42,353 nucleotides of DNA from an uncultured Muribaculaceae bacterium. Lineage in GTDB: Bacteria; Bacillota_I; Bacilli_A; RF39; UBA660. Shown here piece by piece: positions 8,640 through 17,063 of the stretch. Position 1 is the stretch's first letter. Each line of letters begins with the position of its first letter. The stretch lies in contig CAZBKY010000001.1 in assembly GCA_964492595.1 (NCBI GenBank), positions 1-42,353 of the forward strand, in the 5' to 3' direction. The position numbers and the translations under genes are program-made. Under the pieces are notes generated by a model that ran no database searches, was not told the origin of the DNA, and saw only the letters and a list, made by a program, of their open reading frames with translations.

Positions 8640-9296
8640 TTATGCAACCATTTCTTTTTTCATTCTGGATAATATTTTATTTTCAGCTCTTGATACTTGC
8701 ACCTGAGACATTCCCATCATATCTGCAGTTTCACATTGAGTATAGTCTTCATAATATCTATATTTAATAATTTTTCTTTCTTTTTCTGTTAATTTATCAA
8801 GCTCTTGTTTTAAATCTATGCTACTTTCTACTAGTTCTCGTTCATCATTACCGATGACATCTTGGAGTAAAAGATCTTCTGCGACTTCTTTATCTATACT
8901 TTCTGTCGGATAATTATTACAAATTGCATTATAAAGATCTAGTTCACTTATTCCCATGAAAGCGGCTATATCTGAAAGAGAAGGTTCAAAGCCTTTAGAG
9001 CTAATTAAAAAATCTCTTGCTTTTTTATATAATTTATATATTTTAGCATTATTTCCATTTAATTTTACCAACCTGTCATTTTTCAGATAATTAGCCATCT
9101 CTCCTAAAATATCATGGTATGCGTATGTGGAAAATGCAGTATTAAATTCTTTTTTATATCTTTTATATGCTTTAATTACTCCTATACAGCCCACCTGAAA
9201 TAAATCCTCAATATGAGAGTGTCCACAAAAATCATAAGCAATTTTATAAATCATTCCTTTATTTTCATTAATTACTCTATAATATTCCGCATTCAT
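8640..9296 (-). CDS. sigF: sporulation sigma factor SigF-like
   Basis: 218 aa. DLFQVGCIGVIKAYKRY, FSTYAYHDILGEM and YRYYEDYTQCETADMMGMSQVQVSRAENKIL parallel B. subtilis SigF (DLFQIGCIGLLKSVDKF, FSTYAVPMIIGEI, LRYYKDQTQSEVAERLGISQVQVSRLEKKIL). The start overlaps the spoIIAA stop as ATGA. Confidence 0.8.
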   Translation of the reverse strand: MNAEYYRVINENKGMIYKIAYDFCGHSHIEDLFQVGCIGVIKAYKRYKKEFNTAFSTYAYHDILGEMANYLKNDRLVKLNGNNAKIYKLYKKARDFLISSKGFEPSLSDIAAFMGISELDLYNAICNNYPTESIDKEVAEDLLLQDVIGNDERELVESSIDLKQELDKLTEKERKIIKYRYYEDYTQCETADMMGMSQVQVSRAENKILSRMKKEMVA

Positions 9297-9634
9297 AATT
9301 CAAACACTCCAAGGGCAGACTTTTCATTTTTTACTTTATAAAGTATTTTTTCTATTAAACTGCCTTTTAATAGTTTGTCCAGTTTTCTATTTTTTATTAA
9401 TGTTGTCTTTCCATTATATTTAATTACTATATCATTTATTTCTTCAAACAGTTCCATAGCATAATTATCTATATAATTAACATTATCAAGATTTAATACA
9501 ACATACCTAAAACCATACTTTAATAATAAAGGTATTATAGATTTTCTTAAGTCAATAGAATTTGTTTTATTTAATTCTCCATCTATTCTCACAAATAGAA
9601 CTCCTTTTTTAAACTCTATATCTGTTTTAAACAT
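9293..9634 (-). CDS. spoIIAA: STAS-domain anti-anti-sigma factor (SpoIIAA-like, no phospho-serine)
   Basis: 113 aa. GVLFVRIDGELN...YVVLNLDNVNYIDNYAMEL aligns to B. subtilis SpoIIAA VLCIRLTGELD...HIVLNLEDLSFMDSSGLG. The gene lies immediately upstream of sigF. Confidence 0.75.
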   Translation of the reverse strand: MFKTDIEFKKGVLFVRIDGELNKTNSIDLRKSIIPLLLKYGFRYVVLNLDNVNYIDNYAMELFEEINDIVIKYNGKTTLIKNRKLDKLLKGSLIEKILYKVKNEKSALGVFEL

Positions 9635-9685
9635 ATATTCACCTGCCTAATAAGTTTAGATTGTTTTTTTATTATTTTATACACA

Positions 9686-9692
9686 TTCGACA
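9686..9692 (-). promoter_or_regulatory. Spo0A-box-like heptamer upstream of spoIIAA
   Basis: The minus strand reads TGTCGAA, an exact match to the TGNCGAA 0A box. It lies about 52-58 nt upstream of the spoIIAA ATG and is followed by TGTGTATAAAAT. Confidence 0.4.
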
Positions 9693-9709
9693 AAACTAGA
9701 AAAATAATT

Positions 9710-10768
9710 CTATCGACTATTTTTTAAGTTTATACTTATTTTTCTACATATAAGTATAAGAAGTATTAATATTCCGCCTAAAGCGATAATAAATACGGGT
9801 AATTTTGAATAATCTTCAGATGTCTTTTTGTTTCCATAATTTATTGCAATAACCTCATCTTCATTATAAGCGGGCTTTATTTCTTCATTATTTTTATTAT
9901 TATAGATGTTTTTATAAATAATCTCGGATTCAACTGTTTTATATTCATAAAAGTATGTTTTTGTATTTTCATCTTTGATATATTCATTTAAATAAGTAAA
10001 ATATCCATCAAAATATTCTTTTTCATAACTATAACAATTGACATAACTATCTTTAAATCTGTAATATTTCTCTTCATAATTATCCATTTCATCCCAAGTA
10101 TATAAAGAAGTAATCTTATAGCTGCAGTAATATGTAGAACATGTCTTATATGTGCCGCCCAGAGTCGTTATTCCTTTAGATTTTACAGGATACTTGTAAT
10201 CAACCAACAATGTAGATTTAAAGTATAAAATATTATTAGTTTTCTCAAATCTAATCTCGACTTGTGGAACTTCAGTATGAAAATTATTGAGATTTAAAAA
10301 TATTTTAGAATCTTTATTTAAAATTAAATTTCCAGCTTCATTTGTAGTGCAATTTATGCAGTGCGCTAATTCAAAAGCTATATTCTTGTCGCTATTATCT
10401 GTAATTACAATACTCTTTAATTCTAAAAATTCAACTATAAAATTATCAATCAAAATTGTATTATATTTTTCATCAGATAAATCAATAATATTCACTTTTT
10501 CTTCTATTGTCCTGCCTTCTTTTTCATCGGGCTTAACCAAGTTCCATTCACTAAAGTTATTTTCTACTTCATCAAAATATTCGCAATTGTGTTTAACAGC
10601 ATTTTCGTAATGTTCGTTTACCTTTTTTAGTTTATACCATTTATATCTTTCCTCAACACTTGTAATAATTATGCTTTTATTTAAAGGTAGTTCATTTGTA
10701 AATGTTTTAGAATATATATCAGGCATAAATAAAAAAGTACATAATATAAAAATTATTGTTTTTTTCAA
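9710..10768 (-). CDS. hypothetical secreted protein with C-terminal membrane anchor, Tyr/Cys-rich
   Basis: 352-aa ORF with an N-terminal signal-like segment (MKKTIIFILCTFLFM) and a C-terminal TM helix (LPVFIIALGGILILLILI). No family recognised. Confidence 0.55.
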   Translation of the reverse strand: MKKTIIFILCTFLFMPDIYSKTFTNELPLNKSIIITSVEERYKWYKLKKVNEHYENAVKHNCEYFDEVENNFSEWNLVKPDEKEGRTIEEKVNIIDLSDEKYNTILIDNFIVEFLELKSIVITDNSDKNIAFELAHCINCTTNEAGNLILNKDSKIFLNLNNFHTEVPQVEIRFEKTNNILYFKSTLLVDYKYPVKSKGITTLGGTYKTCSTYYCSYKITSLYTWDEMDNYEEKYYRFKDSYVNCYSYEKEYFDGYFTYLNEYIKDENTKTYFYEYKTVESEIIYKNIYNNKNNEEIKPAYNEDEVIAINYGNKKTSEDYSKLPVFIIALGGILILLILICRKISINLKNSR

Positions 10769-10883
10769 TTTCTCCTCCTCTATTTTTATTATACGAGTGT
10801 TTTTTTTAAAACACTTTTTTGTTTTTAAGTTTTTTTGTCATAAATATTTAAAAATAAAGAATAATAATATTGGAGTGATTTTT

Positions 10884-11633
10884 ATGCCAAATGTTCACAG
10901 CAATATATCTTTCGGTCTAGTAAGTATACCAGTTATCATAAATCCTATAATTAAAAATAATGATACTTCTTTTAACCAACTTCATAAAAAATGTCTTCAT
11001 CGAGTTCAATATATAAAATATTGTCCTCACTGTAAAGAAGATATCAAAGAAAGTGATATAACCAAAGGATATGAATTTGAAAATGATAACTATATTATTT
11101 TTAATAAAGAGGAATTAAGTAAATTAAGACCAGAAAATGAAAAAGAAATAGAAGTAATCGCTTTTGTTGATGAGAGAGAAATAGATTCATATTATTTTGA
11201 AAAAAGCTATATTTTAAAATCTGATACTAAATCTAAATCTTATATTCTTTTTTATGAGGCATTAAAAGAAACTGGAAAAGTGGCTCTCGCCAAGACTGTC
11301 TTGGGAGGGAAGTTTTATTATTGTGTTTTAAAGTTCAATAGATTTGGTATAGTTCTTACAACTTTATATTTTGAAGAGGAAATAATAACTCCAGAAGCTG
11401 AAATTGAAGGCAAAATAAATGAAAAAGAATTAAATTTAGCTATAAAATTAATAGATAATTTAAAAGGTAAATTTGAACCACAAAAATATAAAGATGAATA
11501 TCAAAATAAAATAAAAGAAGCAATAGATGATAAATTAAAGGGCAAGAAAATAAAAACAACAAGAAAAAAGCCCAAAAAACAGATAAATGATTTAATGGAA
11601 GCATTGGAAAAGAGTCTAAAAATTAAAAAATGA
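10884..11633 (+). CDS. ku: non-homologous end joining protein Ku
   Basis: MPNVHSNISFGLVSIPV..., KGYEFENDNYIIF..EEL and EVIAFVD..EIDSYYFEKSY parallel B. subtilis YkoV. GGAG lies 8 nt upstream of the ATG at 10884. The track ORF from 10671 is an unsupported 5' extension. Confidence 0.9.
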   Translation: MPNVHSNISFGLVSIPVIINPIIKNNDTSFNQLHKKCLHRVQYIKYCPHCKEDIKESDITKGYEFENDNYIIFNKEELSKLRPENEKEIEVIAFVDEREIDSYYFEKSYILKSDTKSKSYILFYEALKETGKVALAKTVLGGKFYYCVLKFNRFGIVLTTLYFEEEIITPEAEIEGKINEKELNLAIKLIDNLKGKFEPQKYKDEYQNKIKEAIDDKLKGKKIKTTRKKPKKQINDLMEALEKSLKIKK

Positions 11634-12517
11634 ATATTTGGAAAAATAAAAACTGGGTTCCAATGCTTTTGGAAAGAATTGATAAACCTTTTAATTCAAA
11701 AGATTACATATTTGAATTGAAATTTGATGGAATAAGAACTTTAATATTTGCAAATCCTGAGAAAATAATTATTAAAAACAGAAATAAAACAGATGTAACA
11801 CATTTATATCCTGAGCTTCAAAATATTAAAAATATTGTTAATTCTAATACTATTTTTGATGGAGAAATTATATGCTTTGAAAATGGTGAGCCATCTTTTA
11901 AAAAACTTCAAGAAAGATCTCATTTAAAAGGCAATGATAAAATCTTATATCACATGGAAAACAATCCTGCTGTTTTTATATGTTTTGATATTGTTTATAA
12001 GGATAAAGATTTAACTAAACTTCCTCTTTTAAAGAGAAAAGAAATATTAAGCCTCTTTAAAGACACTGAGTCATTTATAAAAACAAAATATATAGATACT
12101 GATGGAATTAAATTATTTAATAAGGTCAAAAAATTAAATTTAGAAGGAATAATTGCAAAGAAAAAAAATAGTATTTATAAAATCAATACCAGAGATAACA
12201 GTTGGATAAAAATAAAGAATTTAAGAATGGAAGAATTTATAATTGGAGGATATATAGAAGAAAAGAAAAATTTTGTTGTTTCTTTATTGCTGGGAGAAAT
12301 CATTAAAAATGAACTTCACTTTGTGGGAAAAGTATTGATGGGTAAAAAAAATAAATTATATAGTGAACTTATACATTCTAAAACACTCAAAAATAGTCCT
12401 TTTAAAAATCATACTGATGATGAGGCAATATACACACAACCCGTTAAAACATGTAAAATTAAATATTTAGAAAGAACAGCAAGTAATCGCTTGAGGCAGC
12501 CTATTTTCGTCAAATAA
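11630..12517 (+). CDS. ligD: ATP-dependent DNA ligase, LigD ligase-domain-only form
   Basis: 295 aa. It has the adenylation motif I, ELKFDGIR (KxDG). ATGA overlap with the ku stop. It is too short to include polymerase/primase or phosphoesterase domains. Confidence 0.85.
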   Translation: MNIWKNKNWVPMLLERIDKPFNSKDYIFELKFDGIRTLIFANPEKIIIKNRNKTDVTHLYPELQNIKNIVNSNTIFDGEIICFENGEPSFKKLQERSHLKGNDKILYHMENNPAVFICFDIVYKDKDLTKLPLLKRKEILSLFKDTESFIKTKYIDTDGIKLFNKVKKLNLEGIIAKKKNSIYKINTRDNSWIKIKNLRMEEFIIGGYIEEKKNFVVSLLLGEIIKNELHFVGKVLMGKKNKLYSELIHSKTLKNSPFKNHTDDEAIYTQPVKTCKIKYLERTASNRLRQPIFVK

Positions 12518-12521
12518 AAAA

Positions 12522-12556
12522 GAATGCAACACCAGCCATTCAGCCAGATTGCATTC
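12522..12556 (-). terminator. terminator hairpin between convergent ligD and DD-carboxypeptidase genes
   Basis: GAATGCAA...TTGCATTC forms an 8-bp stem with a 19-nt loop. On the minus strand it is followed by T6. There is no T-run on the plus strand. Confidence 0.5.
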
Positions 12557-12587
12557 ACTATATAATATACACTGTTTTGATAATAAT

Positions 12588-13775
12588 TTATATTAGACTT
12601 ACCTCTCCACTTATTATATCTTTGAAATTATTATATAACATTCTTATAAAATTTGCTTTTACAACCTTATTTTTAACAATTAAATCATATTTATATTCTT
12701 TTTTATCATAAGTAAGTATTAAGTTTCCTACAACATCTCCCTTTTTTAAAGGAGCTCTTACATTCTTATATAGTTGGGTTTTCACATCATAATTTATATT
12801 TTCTGTGTTTATATCAACCAATATATTAACATCTTCCTTTACATAATAGGAGGCATTTCTATTTTTCCCATTATTTACATATAGAATTCCCAATTTTTTA
12901 TTTGAGTTCACAATCATTTTAGTATTATATATAGCAAACCCATATTCCATCATACTTATAGTATCACTATTTCTCGCTTCTTTTGTAGATACTCCCATTA
13001 CAACCCCTATAAGTCTCATATCGTTTTTCTTCATTGTAGATGTTAAACAGTATTTTGCCTGATCTGTAAAGCCTGTTTTCAAACCGTCCATTCCTTTATA
13101 AAATCGCACTAATGAATTTGTATTAACAAGCCAGTGGTTTTCTCCGCTTACATTTATATATTCTTCATAAGTACTTGTTATTTTCAATATTTCTTCATAT
13201 TTTACAAGTTCACTAGACATTAAAGCAAGATCATAAGCGGTAGTATAATGATTTACTTCATCAAGACCGTGAGGATTTTTAAAATTAGTATTAATTGCCC
13301 CTAATTCTTTAGCTCTTTTATTCATCATAGCAACAAAGTTTTCTTCTGTTCCACCAATTTTTTCTGCAAGAGCAACTGCAGCATCATTGGCTGAAGCAAT
13401 ACCAATACCTTTTAGCAAATCACTTACTTTTACATTTGTATTTGCTTCTACAAATATTTGAGTTCCTCCCATACCTGAAGCATTTTTACTTATAAAAACA
13501 TCATCATTTAATTTTATTTTACCTTTATCTAAAGCTTCCATAACAAGAAGCATTGTCATTACTTTTGTCATTGATGCCGGAGACAACTTCTCATTGGCAT
13601 TCTTCTCATAAAGCACTGTTTTAGTGCTCGCTTCCATAAGAATCGCACTTTTGCTGTTTGGTGCATAGTCAGCTTTAGAGCCTTCAGTTATTTCTTTGTT
13701 AACTGGAACTCCATCTGCAATAAAGGAACTCATAAATATAAAAAATGATATTAATACTACTATTGTTTTCTTCAT
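12588..13775 (-). CDS. D-alanyl-D-alanine carboxypeptidase, PBP5/DacF-DacB family (S11)
   Basis: 395 aa with a signal peptide, the SxxK motif (SPASMTKVMT), ASANDAA and KTG (LKTGFT). This is the typical low-MW PBP layout with a C-terminal beta-sandwich domain. Confidence 0.85.
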   Translation of the reverse strand: MKKTIVVLISFFIFMSSFIADGVPVNKEITEGSKADYAPNSKSAILMEASTKTVLYEKNANEKLSPASMTKVMTMLLVMEALDKGKIKLNDDVFISKNASGMGGTQIFVEANTNVKVSDLLKGIGIASANDAAVALAEKIGGTEENFVAMMNKRAKELGAINTNFKNPHGLDEVNHYTTAYDLALMSSELVKYEEILKITSTYEEYINVSGENHWLVNTNSLVRFYKGMDGLKTGFTDQAKYCLTSTMKKNDMRLIGVVMGVSTKEARNSDTISMMEYGFAIYNTKMIVNSNKKLGILYVNNGKNRNASYYVKEDVNILVDINTENINYDVKTQLYKNVRAPLKKGDVVGNLILTYDKKEYKYDLIVKNKVVKANFIRMLYNNFKDIISGEVSLI

Positions 13776-13905
13776 ACCCCACCTAAAAAATAATATGATA
13801 TAAATATCTAAATATACCGATGTTTTTAATATTGTAAATTGTTATTACTTTTATTCTAAATAACTTAAAAAGTGCTATAATTAATAATATAAGGAAATAG
13901 AATAT

Positions 13906-14946
13906 ATGAAAAAATTTTTAATTGGAGTTATTTTAATTTTATCAGTAAGTGCTTTTCTATATTTTAAAGATTATTTATTTAATAATAGCAAAATGATAAA
14001 AATCGGATACAGCGAAGTTGCCAGTAAAAAAATAAAAGAATTGGAAATAGAAGCGGTTATAGATGAAAAATATTATAAAACACTAGATATTGCATTAACA
14101 AAGGATACATATATTAAAGAATTTGTTAAGGATTATATAAATATTGAATATAAAAACAATGAATATTTTGTTGAAAGTGTCAATACTCTTTTGAAAGAAA
14201 ATTATACTACATCCGAAATCAATAATATCTCTTATATATTTGAAAGCCCATATTTTAAAAGTACTTATGTAAAAAGATATGCAGCTTACGCAAAAACAAA
14301 TTCTAATAATAAGGATAACGTTGTAATTTATGTAAATATAGGTCTTGATAATGATTTTTATACAAATATAAAAACAATAACTAATCAAAACGATTTATTG
14401 GTTCTTGTAAATAAATATAACAAACTCCCCGATGATTATGCCCCAACTGATTTAGAAACTTTTGATGATATTTATACTATCAGCAGCTCAAAAAGACAAA
14501 TGAGGAAAGTTGCACATGATGCATTAGTTAAAATGATAGATGACATAAGAAAAGAAAATATGAATTTATGGTTAAACTCCGGTTTTAGAACAAAAAGCTA
14601 TCAAAACACATTATTTACAAATTCAGTAAGTAGAAATGGATTAAATCATGCATTAATATATTCAGCAAAACAAAGACATTCAGAGCATGAAACTGGATTA
14701 GCTGCAGACATTTCCTCAGTAAAAGGAATGCTTGATGGATTTGAAAAATATAAAGAATATGACTGGTTAATTAAAAATTCTTATAAATATGGTTTTATAG
14801 AAAGATACCCCAAAGGGAAGGAACATATAACTGGTTATGCCTACGAACCTTGGCATTACAGATATGTCGGGATAGAAGCTGCCACTATTATTAAAAATGA
14901 AAAGATAACATACGAAGAATATGCAGTAAAATATTTAAATTATTAA
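13906..14946 (+). CDS. membrane-anchored VanY-like D,D-carboxypeptidase (M15B)
   Basis: 346 aa with an N-terminal TM helix. Zn-binding motifs SGFRTKSYQ, SEHETGLAADI and EPWHYRYVG are characteristic of VanY/M15B. Confidence 0.8.
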   Translation: MKKFLIGVILILSVSAFLYFKDYLFNNSKMIKIGYSEVASKKIKELEIEAVIDEKYYKTLDIALTKDTYIKEFVKDYINIEYKNNEYFVESVNTLLKENYTTSEINNISYIFESPYFKSTYVKRYAAYAKTNSNNKDNVVIYVNIGLDNDFYTNIKTITNQNDLLVLVNKYNKLPDDYAPTDLETFDDIYTISSSKRQMRKVAHDALVKMIDDIRKENMNLWLNSGFRTKSYQNTLFTNSVSRNGLNHALIYSAKQRHSEHETGLAADISSVKGMLDGFEKYKEYDWLIKNSYKYGFIERYPKGKEHITGYAYEPWHYRYVGIEAATIIKNEKITYEEYAVKYLNY

Positions 14947-14948
14947 CA

Positions 14949-15713
14949 TTATCTTCTTTTTCTTTTTAAAAACATAAAATGAAAGATTAAAATGATTAGA
15001 AATATGCAAAAAGATACCATAGAAACTATAATAAGCGTAGTTTCTTTTTTTGTGAATTTTCTTTTTATTATTATATTGTTTTCTTTTTCACTACTTAATT
15101 CTTCAAAAACATTTGACACTTTATTTACTTTAATGACATATACATTTACATTTGTTTTATTTTTACTTATAACTGATATTTTAACTGTATTTTGCCCTAT
15201 CTTAAAATTTGAATTTCCACTTATTTTAACTGTAGAATATTCACTGGTTTGTTCATATGATATATTTAATCTCTCTTCTATATCAACATATATTTCATAT
15301 TCATAGATATCAGTATTAAAATCTATATCATAGCCTTCAATTTCTAATTTATTTAAAGTTGCATTTTCTTCATCCTTATTCTCCTTATAATTTTTAAAAA
15401 TGGCTATTTCGTAAGTAATTACATCTAAGTTTTTTTTAATAACTTTTAATATAACTTCATTTTTTCCATCTAGTAAAGATATATTTCCTGTACCTGTAAT
15501 ATAATCATCATCTTTATCTTCTATGGCGGTTATATTTATATTTTCAACTTCGCCGGGTACAAAAACATTATATTTAGTTATATCTTCACTAAAATAAGGA
15601 ACCAAAGATCCTGAACTTAAATTAATACCCTTCAAAGCAAATAATAAGGGAGCAAAAGAAAAGAAAGCAACTACCGCACATACTACTTTTAATATATGTT
15701 TCAAAAGTTTCAC
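14949..15713 (-). CDS. secreted protein with two cadherin-like beta-sandwich repeats and C-terminal TM anchor
   Basis: 254 aa. Signal peptide, two L-x-x-L-x-[VI]-x-G...Y-x-[VI]-x-V type repeats (LSSGSLVPYFSEDITKYNVFV and LNKLEIEGYDIDFNTDIYEYEIYV), and a C-terminal hydrophobic helix followed by KRKRR. Confidence 0.45.
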   Translation of the reverse strand: MKLLKHILKVVCAVVAFFSFAPLLFALKGINLSSGSLVPYFSEDITKYNVFVPGEVENINITAIEDKDDDYITGTGNISLLDGKNEVILKVIKKNLDVITYEIAIFKNYKENKDEENATLNKLEIEGYDIDFNTDIYEYEIYVDIEERLNISYEQTSEYSTVKISGNSNFKIGQNTVKISVISKNKTNVNVYVIKVNKVSNVFEELSSEKENNIIIKRKFTKKETTLIIVSMVSFCIFLIILIFHFMFLKRKRR

Positions 15714-15718
15714 TTCCT

Positions 15719-16993
15719 TTATTTAATAACTTTTAATATTATATTTTTTTCTCTAGGTTTTTTGTTAATTATAATATATGCATTTAAAACTTGAGAAATC
15801 ATTTTTTCAACTTCTTTATTATAATAAATACTGCATAATATTTCATCTCTTTCGACAAAGTCTCCAATTTTTTTTCTCAATATTATCCCAGAGTTATTGT
15901 CAATTTTAGAGCCTAGGCTACCTCCAAAGGCAAGCATAGAAGACAAACTCCCAATATATTCTGCATTTATTTCTTTGATAAAACCTGACTTAACACTTTT
16001 AACATCTATTCTTTTAGCATTCATTTTTACTTCTGATAATCTACCACCCTGTGATTTTATCCATTCATAAAATTTATCTTTTGCCTTACCATTTTTTATA
16101 ACTTTTACAACCTCTTTAAGAGCTTCTTTATATTTAATATTTTTAGATATCATCAGCATATATGCAGATAATTCCAAAGTAAGTTTCTCAAGTCTTTCAT
16201 TTCTATTTCCCTCAAAAAAGTTTATTACTTCTTTTACTTCTAGTATATTTCCTACATTACTTCCCAAAGGACTATTCATATCTGATAAAATACATATTAT
16301 ATTTTTTTCATATTTTTTTCCAATATATATCATTAACCTTGCAAGTTTTTTAGCGCTTCTTAAATCTTTCATGAAAGCACCCTTGCCAACTTTAAGGTCA
16401 ATTACTATATTTTTTGCTGAACAGGCTATTTTTTTACTCATAATAGAACTTGCTATTAAAGGAATGGAATCTACATAACCTGTTTTATCTCTTAATGCAT
16501 AAATTTTTTTATCGGCTAAAGCTATATTTTCATTTTGACATATATCTGCACATCCAACTGTATTTATTATGTTGATGAATTCTTCATCAGTTAATTCACT
16601 TTTAAATCCTGGAATGCTTTCAAGTTTATCTATCGTACCGCCAGTTATTCCCAAACTTCTTCCACTCATTTTAGGTACAGCCAGTCCTAAAGATGCGCAA
16701 ATGGGAAGAATTAGCAATGAAATTTTATCTCCAACACCCCCACTTGAATGTTTGTCGACTGTTGTTTTTTTTACCTTTGACAAATCTATTATATTTCCAC
16801 TTTTAACCATTACATCAGTTAAATAATACGTTTCTTTTTTACTTAAACCCTTTTCATAAATGGCTTTAATAAATAAGGTCATAACTTCTTCGCTAATATC
16901 TTCCTTTATAAAACTTTTTACCATATATTCTATTTCTTCATATGATAAAGTTTTTCTCTTGTTTTTTTTATTTATTATATTTTCACTATTCAT
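15719..16993 (-). CDS. pdp: pyrimidine-nucleoside (thymidine) phosphorylase
   Basis: 424 aa with DKHSSGGVGDK and SGRSLGITGGTIDKLESIPG signatures. Confidence 0.9.
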   Translation of the reverse strand: MNSENIINKKNKRKTLSYEEIEYMVKSFIKEDISEEVMTLFIKAIYEKGLSKKETYYLTDVMVKSGNIIDLSKVKKTTVDKHSSGGVGDKISLLILPICASLGLAVPKMSGRSLGITGGTIDKLESIPGFKSELTDEEFINIINTVGCADICQNENIALADKKIYALRDKTGYVDSIPLIASSIMSKKIACSAKNIVIDLKVGKGAFMKDLRSAKKLARLMIYIGKKYEKNIICILSDMNSPLGSNVGNILEVKEVINFFEGNRNERLEKLTLELSAYMLMISKNIKYKEALKEVVKVIKNGKAKDKFYEWIKSQGGRLSEVKMNAKRIDVKSVKSGFIKEINAEYIGSLSSMLAFGGSLGSKIDNNSGIILRKKIGDFVERDEILCSIYYNKEVEKMISQVLNAYIIINKKPREKNIILKVIK

Positions 16994-17063
16994 ACCAGAC
17001 CTCTTATTCTAAAACAAGTATAACATTTATAGCTATACTTGTATATTATAATTAAAAAGATTA

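Noticed and set aside
10671-10883. 5' extension of the ku track ORF.
   Set aside because: It overlaps the start of the divergent 9710..10768 gene and encodes low-complexity F/I/K sequence. The Ku homology begins exactly at the ATG at 10884, which has a GGAG RBS.
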